Source of the DNA: a virus
Lineage: Duplodnaviria > Caudoviricetes
Reading direction: 5' to 3' (one strand)
Length of the DNA: 64,000 nucleotides
IMG/VR virus record: IMGVR_UViG_3300013902_000013
Span: 1-64,000 of that record
Both the position numbers and the translations under genes were made by a program. Below are positions 59,930-64,000 of the stretch, in pieces (the stretch's first letter is position 1; every line of letters starts with the position of its first letter). The notes under the pieces were generated by a model. The model searched no databases. It saw only the letters and a list, made by a program, of their open reading frames with translations, and was not told where the DNA came from.

Positions 59930-60400
59930 AGTGAAAAGTTCCCGACACTTTATCACTCTATTGCGGTAAAGCGTTGGGAGCATCGTTTTAGTCCTTTACC
60001 ACTTTACTCTATTAAAGCGGGAGCACGAACGAATGTTTGTTCGAGAGTACGAGAACACGAACAGACGTTTTAGAAAACATGCGTTCGCCGAACGGGAGCA
60101 TCGAACAGGTGTTCGCGAACAGACGTTCACAGGGAGCATGGCCTCGCTGTCACGACTGCTCTTCGTTTGTCGTGACAGCGAGGCATTTAGCTGAAACTTC
60201 ACTTGTGAATTATTTGTTTGGACAATCAAATTATTAGTATGACAATTATTTCGCCTGAAACTATTGATATATACAATAATTCACAAGAGAAGTGAAATTG
60301 TATACATGTTTTAATGCAGATCAATTGTATACAATCCGAAAATTGTATACATGTTCTTTAATCTTCTAAAAAATACAATTTTAATGCTTTAATGTGGCAA
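59930..60400. repeat. Non-coding motif island 3
   Basis: SOS boxes (perfect at 60103 and 60117; near at 60027, 60059 and 60075); GGGAGCA at 59976, 60019, 60094 and 60132; CTTTA-N6-TAAAG at 60002; 16-bp hairpin at 60141-60184; TGTATACA at 60299, 60326 and 60344. Confidence 0.85.
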
Positions 60401-60659
60401 AATATGTTAAAAATTTAACAAAAAGTATACAAAATACATAAAAAATGCACAAAATTTTTCAAAAACGCTTGCAAAACTGCAAAAAATTTGTTATTATTAT
60501 AATACAAACAAGAGGGAAAGAAAAAGAAAAAATCCTCTTCAAAAAAAATTAAAAAACCTATTGACAAACCTTCAAGCTTATGTTAATATATAAGTACAAA
60601 AGGGGAACAAAACAAAGTCAGCTGACAAAGACGTTAAAACAGAGAAAAGGAACAAATTA

Positions 60660-61022
60660 ATGGAAAAGATGACACAGAAGAAAGCAATGGAAATCACTAT
60701 CGAAGCACTTGAAGGTAAGGAAATAGTTTCAGATGAAATTATTGGCAAGCTCAAGGATATACTTACCGCACTTGAAAAGAAGAGCAAGAGCGTAAGTAAA
60801 AAGAAGAGCGAACAGAATGAGGAGCTTCTTGAAAAGGTGCTTGACCTCTTCAGCGACGCGCCAAACACGCTGACTGAAATACTGGTAGCGCACAGAGAAG
60901 AATTTGACCAGTTGGGTATTCTTACCAGTCAGAAATTAAATTCTGTAATCAGACCTGCTGTAGAGGACGGCAGACTGTTCAGAGAAAAGAACGGAAAGAC
61001 AACTACTTTTAGATTAGCTTAA
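60660..61022 (+). CDS. Putative winged-helix DNA-binding protein, copy B
   Basis: Paralog of 57609-57977. Confidence 0.7.
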   Translation: MEKMTQKKAMEITIEALEGKEIVSDEIIGKLKDILTALEKKSKSVSKKKSEQNEELLEKVLDLFSDAPNTLTEILVAHREEFDQLGILTSQKLNSVIRPAVEDGRLFREKNGKTTTFRLA

Positions 61023-61089
61023 TCAATTTAAATGTCAAACAACCTGGGGCAAGTTTTTAGCTTGCCCCATTTTAAACAAGAGGTGAATT

Positions 61090-61452
61090 ATGAACAAAGA
61101 AATTGAAAAGTTAATGAAAACACTTGACATTTCAGAAGAGGAAGCGCGAGAAATAATTGAAGCTGACAAAGAAATTGACCGCGGCGCGAAGCTGTTTGAA
61201 CTTTCAGACGAACAAAAGAAAGTTGAAAAACAGATGCGTAAAACTGTAAAAATTGTTGCACCAAACGGTAAAAAGACAGAGCGCCCACTTAAAATAGACC
61301 CAACGCGCGAAAGCCTAATGCAGGCTATCACAGACGCGTTAAAAGACCGCACAGACGCAATCACGCGCCCGGAAAAGACAACAAACACATTGTTATTAGA
61401 TATTGGCGCGGATACATTTAAAATAGTTGTTTCAAAGATACGCAAAAAATAA
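61090..61452 (+). CDS. Hypothetical protein, copy B
   Basis: Paralog of 58038-58427. Confidence 0.75.
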   Translation: MNKEIEKLMKTLDISEEEAREIIEADKEIDRGAKLFELSDEQKKVEKQMRKTVKIVAPNGKKTERPLKIDPTRESLMQAITDALKDRTDAITRPEKTTNTLLLDIGADTFKIVVSKIRKK

Positions 61453-61476
61453 GTGGTAGAAATACCACTTTTTTTA

Positions 61477-61505
61477 TTGACACTGTGCGCGACCTGTAGT
61501 ATAAT
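61477..61505 (+). promoter_or_regulatory. Consensus SigA promoter
   Basis: TTGACA-17 nt-TATAAT directly after a terminator hairpin. Confidence 0.85.
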
Positions 61506-61534
61506 TAAGATAGTTAAAAAAGGAGGAAAACACA

Positions 61535-61678
61535 ATGTTATTCGTATTCACACTAATTATGATTTTAATTGAAGCTTATTTCTTATTTCAGTATTGGGAA
61601 GAAGATAAACCAAAATTTAAAATCTATGTTTCAATCACTTATGTTATTTGGATTTTAAGTTTAATATTTATTTTTTAA
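61535..61678 (+). CDS. Small membrane protein (47 aa, below the ORF track cutoff)
   Basis: AGGAGG RBS, two hydrophobic segments, own promoter. Confidence 0.6.
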   Translation: MLFVFTLIMILIEAYFLFQYWEEDKPKFKIYVSITYVIWILSLIFIF

Positions 61679-61757
61679 TTTGGGCTTGACAAAAGCCCAA
61701 ACTTATGTTAATATATAATTGCAAGAGGAAAGAAAAAAAGAAAGAGAGGTTTTTAAA

Positions 61758-62114
61758 ATGAAAAAATTATATCTTAAAACAGAAGTGTTCTTTGAAAGTG
61801 TGCGCGGATTGCAGTACATCGGCGCGAGTCCTTATTTTAGGTACGCGGATTTACTGGAGCGCGCGGAATATAATTACAACACATTTGAAGAATTTGAAGA
61901 GATTCTGATTGCTATCGTAGATGCTTATTATATAAGAAGTATGTCAGAACTTGAATATATACCAAATGGGAAAATTATTGTTTTAAATACTCCATTTGAG
62001 AAAAACGATTTTATATTTTGGAGCGGTGCAGAGATACTTAAAAATTTGCTCAATGAAGAAGAAAATGAATATAGAATATTCAGAGGTTTAAGAACGAAAA
62101 TAGAAAAGAGGTAA
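61758..62114 (+). CDS. Hypothetical protein
   Basis: Start re-called to ATG 61758 after a GAGGT RBS. Confidence 0.65.
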   Translation: MKKLYLKTEVFFESVRGLQYIGASPYFRYADLLERAEYNYNTFEEFEEILIAIVDAYYIRSMSELEYIPNGKIIVLNTPFEKNDFIFWSGAEILKNLLNEEENEYRIFRGLRTKIEKR

Positions 62115-62117
62115 ACA

Positions 62118-62591
62118 ATGAAATTATTAATTATATTTACAATACTTACAATAATAAACGTTATTGCTTCAACAATAAAATCACTTCTTACCGTAAATGG
62201 TGGGAAGTGGTTAGCGTCAATCAGTTCTGCCGTTTATTACGGCTACTACAACATTGTTTTAATATATACCGTAGCAAACTTCCCTATGTGGCAAAAAGTC
62301 GCTGTAACCGCGGCGTGTAATGTCGTAGGCGTATTCCTTGTTAAGTGGTGCGAAGAACGCGCGGAAAAAACAAAGTTATGGAAAGTAGAAGCTACATGCA
62401 AGTGGCGCGAAGCAAGCGCGCTTATAGAAGAATGTGAAAATAAAGACTTATCATTTAACTATGTAGATGTAAATAAGTATGTTATTTTCAACTTCTATTG
62501 TGCGACTAAAGAGGAAAGCGCAACAGTAAAAGAAGTATTGAAAAAATATGAAACAGTAAAATATTTTGTTTCTGAATCAAAAAATTTATAA
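62118..62591 (+). CDS. Membrane protein (DUF2179/DUF5698-like)
   Basis: Three N-terminal hydrophobic helices followed by a soluble alpha/beta domain. Confidence 0.55.
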   Translation: MKLLIIFTILTIINVIASTIKSLLTVNGGKWLASISSAVYYGYYNIVLIYTVANFPMWQKVAVTAACNVVGVFLVKWCEERAEKTKLWKVEATCKWREASALIEECENKDLSFNYVDVNKYVIFNFYCATKEESATVKEVLKKYETVKYFVSESKNL

Positions 62592-62665
62592 GTAGTTCTT
62601 GACTTTGTTCCCCTCTTGTGTTAATATATAATTACAAAAGGGGAACAATGAAAGGAAAGGTAAAA

Positions 62666-63001
62666 ATGAGAATGTTTATTGCTTTTGGTTTAGTTTTTTC
62701 AGTAACAATCGGCTTGTTTATGTCACTTGTTATAATTAGTATGTGTGACATAAAAAATAAAAAGAAAAAAAGAATTGCAATAATTGTATTGGCTTTTGTT
62801 ATTGGTTTTCTTATAGGCGGCACATTTTGCTTGCAGACGCAAATGGATAATAAAAACTGGAACAATGGTTTTTGTTTAAAATGTGGCGGACAATATGAAT
62901 TAACAGAGGTTACTCATATAAAAAATTCAGGAAACTTATATTATTATACTTGTAAAGATTGTGGATATACAATTAAATTAGAAACATTAAAAAATAATTA
63001 A
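62666..63001 (+). CDS. Membrane protein with a C-terminal Zn ribbon
   Basis: Two TM segments, then WNNGFCLKCGG...YYYTCKDCG. Confidence 0.7.
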   Translation: MRMFIAFGLVFSVTIGLFMSLVIISMCDIKNKKKKRIAIIVLAFVIGFLIGGTFCLQTQMDNKNWNNGFCLKCGGQYELTEVTHIKNSGNLYYYTCKDCGYTIKLETLKNN

Positions 63002-63008
63002 AAAAGAC

Positions 63009-63037
63009 TTGACACAAGAGAAAAGAAGTAGTATAAT
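63009..63037 (+). promoter_or_regulatory. Consensus SigA promoter
   Basis: TTGACA-17 nt-TATAAT. Confidence 0.85.
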
Positions 63038-63097
63038 ATAATTGTTCAAGGGTGCGGACAACAAACGCACCCAGTAAAAAAAGGAAGGTAAAAGAAA

Positions 63098-63268
63098 GTG
63101 AATAAGGAATTTAAAACAGAATTAATTAAGTTAATATTATTAATTGCGCTTATAGTTGGGGTAGTAGTAATACATTACAAAGTTTATGTATACAATGCTT
63201 GCGAATTATTAGGAATTGAGCCAACTATAAAAAATATGCTTACAGTTAATTTATTTACAGGAAGGTAA
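63098..63268 (+). CDS. Small membrane protein (56 aa, GTG start, below the track cutoff)
   Basis: Open frame with one hydrophobic helix, located between a promoter and the next gene. Confidence 0.5.
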   Translation: MNKEFKTELIKLILLIALIVGVVVIHYKVYVYNACELLGIEPTIKNMLTVNLFTGR

Positions 63269-63272
63269 AAAA

Positions 63273-63842
63273 ATGGCACATAATTGGAAGTGGTACGTAG
63301 AAAATAACGATTTTGAAGGATGCTTAGAAAGATTTAATGCGGCAACCAAAAATTGGAAAGAACATTGGTTTAGTACATTAGAAGATATATATAATAATTG
63401 TAAAGATTGGTCAAAAAAATATATTCTTGACCCCGTAGAAATGGTAGTTATAACCATTTCAGATTGTATTAAAAAAACAAGTAAAAAAATACAAAATCTT
63501 GTAAATGGTGCGAATAGTCACACATATTTAATAAACATGTATGATAAAGAGGACAATTTGGTTTTTACAAAAATTGGTAAAGCAGATAATATTAACAAAA
63601 GATTCGGTGCGCTTGAGCGCCAGTATTACGCCACACAAGATGTGCAGATTGCGCATGTAAAACCTATTCATATATTTAATGTCAAAAATGATGACCTTGC
63701 GCAAGTATTAGAATCGTTTATCAGAAATTTATTCCGTAAAACACATGAATTTATTCCAAACGATAGATTTAAACCATTTGAACCATCAGAAGAGGAATGG
63801 AAAGAAATGGAAAGATATTATAAATTAGTGTGTGCAGAATAA
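63273..63842 (+). CDS. GIY-YIG-like (T5orf172-type) protein
   Basis: HTYLINMY...FTKIGKADNINKRF...E..I...F pattern in the C-terminal half. Confidence 0.6.
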   Translation: MAHNWKWYVENNDFEGCLERFNAATKNWKEHWFSTLEDIYNNCKDWSKKYILDPVEMVVITISDCIKKTSKKIQNLVNGANSHTYLINMYDKEDNLVFTKIGKADNINKRFGALERQYYATQDVQIAHVKPIHIFNVKNDDLAQVLESFIRNLFRKTHEFIPNDRFKPFEPSEEEWKEMERYYKLVCAE

Positions 63843-63851
63843 AAAAAGGGG

Positions 63852-63880
63852 TTGACAAGTTCAATTCCTTGAGGTATAAT
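63852..63880 (+). promoter_or_regulatory. Consensus SigA promoter
   Basis: TTGACA-17 nt-TATAAT. Confidence 0.85.
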
Positions 63881-63916
63881 TAAGATACAAAAGGGGATAA
63901 AGAAAGAAGGTAAAAT

Positions 63917-64000
63917 ATGAATTACACAGAAATTGATTACACAGAAATGAAAAAACTTATAATCGGGTTAGGCAACTTGAACATTGATTTTGAAATCAGA
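63917..64000 (+). CDS. Hypothetical protein (partial, runs off window)
   Basis: ATG after a GAAGG RBS and consensus promoter; open to the window end. Confidence 0.55.
   Translation, partial: MNYTEIDYTEMKKLIIGLGNLNIDFEIR

Noticed and set aside
54068-60290. Rex operators suggested by repeated GTGAATTAT
   Set aside because: Only half-site-like; no copy forms the full TTGTGAA-N4-TTCACAA palindrome. Kept only as part of the island signature.
53890-60400. CRISPR array or mini-array in the repeat islands
   Set aside because: The repeats are 7-16 bp motifs at irregular spacing; there is no 25-45 bp direct repeat with uniform spacers and no cas gene.
124-63457. Short antisense or overlapping ORFs in the track (e.g. 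124-315, 2340-2585, 12910-13380, 27000-27290, 33540-34001, 57003-57264, 57422-57865, 59996-60237, 61035-61535)
   Set aside because: They shadow better-supported genes or repeat islands, lack an RBS and show no protein-like motifs.
63920-63950. 15-bp tandem duplication ATTACACAGAAAT at the start of the last ORF
   Set aside because: A trivial in-frame slippage duplication (NYTEI/DYTEM) with no further signal.
1-64000. Stop-codon reassignment (alternative genetic code)
   Set aside because: Genes are full-length under the standard code (e.g. the 2992-aa tape measure) with high coding density. The two broken genes are explained by an intron and a homopolymer indel.
1-64000. tRNA or rRNA genes
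   Set aside because: No cloverleaf with T-loop/CCA or rRNA-like sequence was noticed in the intergenic regions; a tRNAscan-SE run would be needed to exclude them fully.

Overview
The window is a 64 kb piece of a large, AT-rich tailed phage genome, most likely siphovirus-like (very long tape measure, no tail sheath seen). Its SigA-type promoters, AbrB homolog, Spo0A boxes and Gram-positive LexA boxes point to a spore-forming Firmicutes (Clostridia-like) host. Layout: (i) 1-5.3 kb holds a serine recombinase, a holin and a six-gene unknown module preceded by phased Spo0A boxes. (ii) 5.3-50.2 kb is a nearly continuous minus-strand virion operon (terminase, portal, protease/scaffold, capsid, neck, major tail, 2992-aa tape measure, tail tip and fibres). 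Its major tail gene is split by a group I intron carrying an endonuclease ORF, one neck gene is frameshifted at an A7 tract, and six small cassette genes (five in or beside the tail block, the sixth at the left window edge) share an N-terminal GILLG peptide. (iii) 50.5-64 kb is a plus-strand early-like region of short genes with many consensus promoters, duplicated gene pairs and three homologous non-coding islands. These islands are packed with clustered operator-like motifs (LexA SOS boxes, CTTTA-N6-TAAAG, TGTATACA, GGGAGCA) around a GC-rich hairpin. All product calls come from motif recognition by eye; no database searches were run.
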